A DNA stretch of 64,000 nt from Antechinus flavipes (lineage: Eukaryota), in contig NC_067401.1 in NCBI RefSeq assembly GCF_016432865.1, forward strand, positions 41,168,001 to 41,232,000, written 5' to 3'. Both the position numbers and the translations under genes were made by a program. This document shows positions 63,932-64,000 of this stretch, piece by piece. Numbering within the stretch: the first letter of the stretch is position 1; each line of letters opens with the position of its first letter. The notes under the pieces were generated by a model that worked only from the letters and a program-made list of their open reading frames with translations, ran no database searches and was not told the DNA's origin.

Positions 63932-64000
63932 TAAGGAAGGACCAAGGGGTTGGAGGTATGCAGATGAGAAAAGTAGAACAATATTGGGTTCATTATCTAG

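Overview
Vertebrate genomic DNA, not prokaryotic. It is most likely an Australian marsupial (dasyurid-like), judged from the L1 3' ends, the marsupial-type SINEs and the ERV LTRs; this is recognition by eye, not a database result. The window carries the conserved block TXNIP(+) - POLR3GL(-) - ANKRD34A(+) - LIX1L(+) - RBM8A(+, last exon outside the window), in the same order and orientation as human 1q21.1 (the TAR-syndrome region). I traced the exons through GT/AG boundaries with frame continuity: TXNIP 389 aa, POLR3GL 220 aa, ANKRD34A 496 aa, LIX1L 337 aa, and RBM8A exons 1-5. Intergenic and intronic DNA holds a 5'-truncated betaretrovirus-like ERV (open CA-NC gag frame, no pro/pol/env, PPT and intact 3' LTR), a solo LTR with a 6-bp TSD, three L1 insertions with 14-bp TSDs, old L1/L2/CR1/SINE debris, a 4x64-bp minisatellite and a near-perfect 111-bp local duplication. 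I found no convincing new protein-coding system. The best leads are regulatory: a degenerate TXNIP intron-1 repeat carrying two copies of the reverse complement of its own 5' splice site, an orphan NF-Y/AP-1 element, a MEF2/TATA internal promoter in ANKRD34A, miR-17~92 seed clustering, a candidate LIX1L poison exon, and absence of the RBM8A NAGNAG acceptor.
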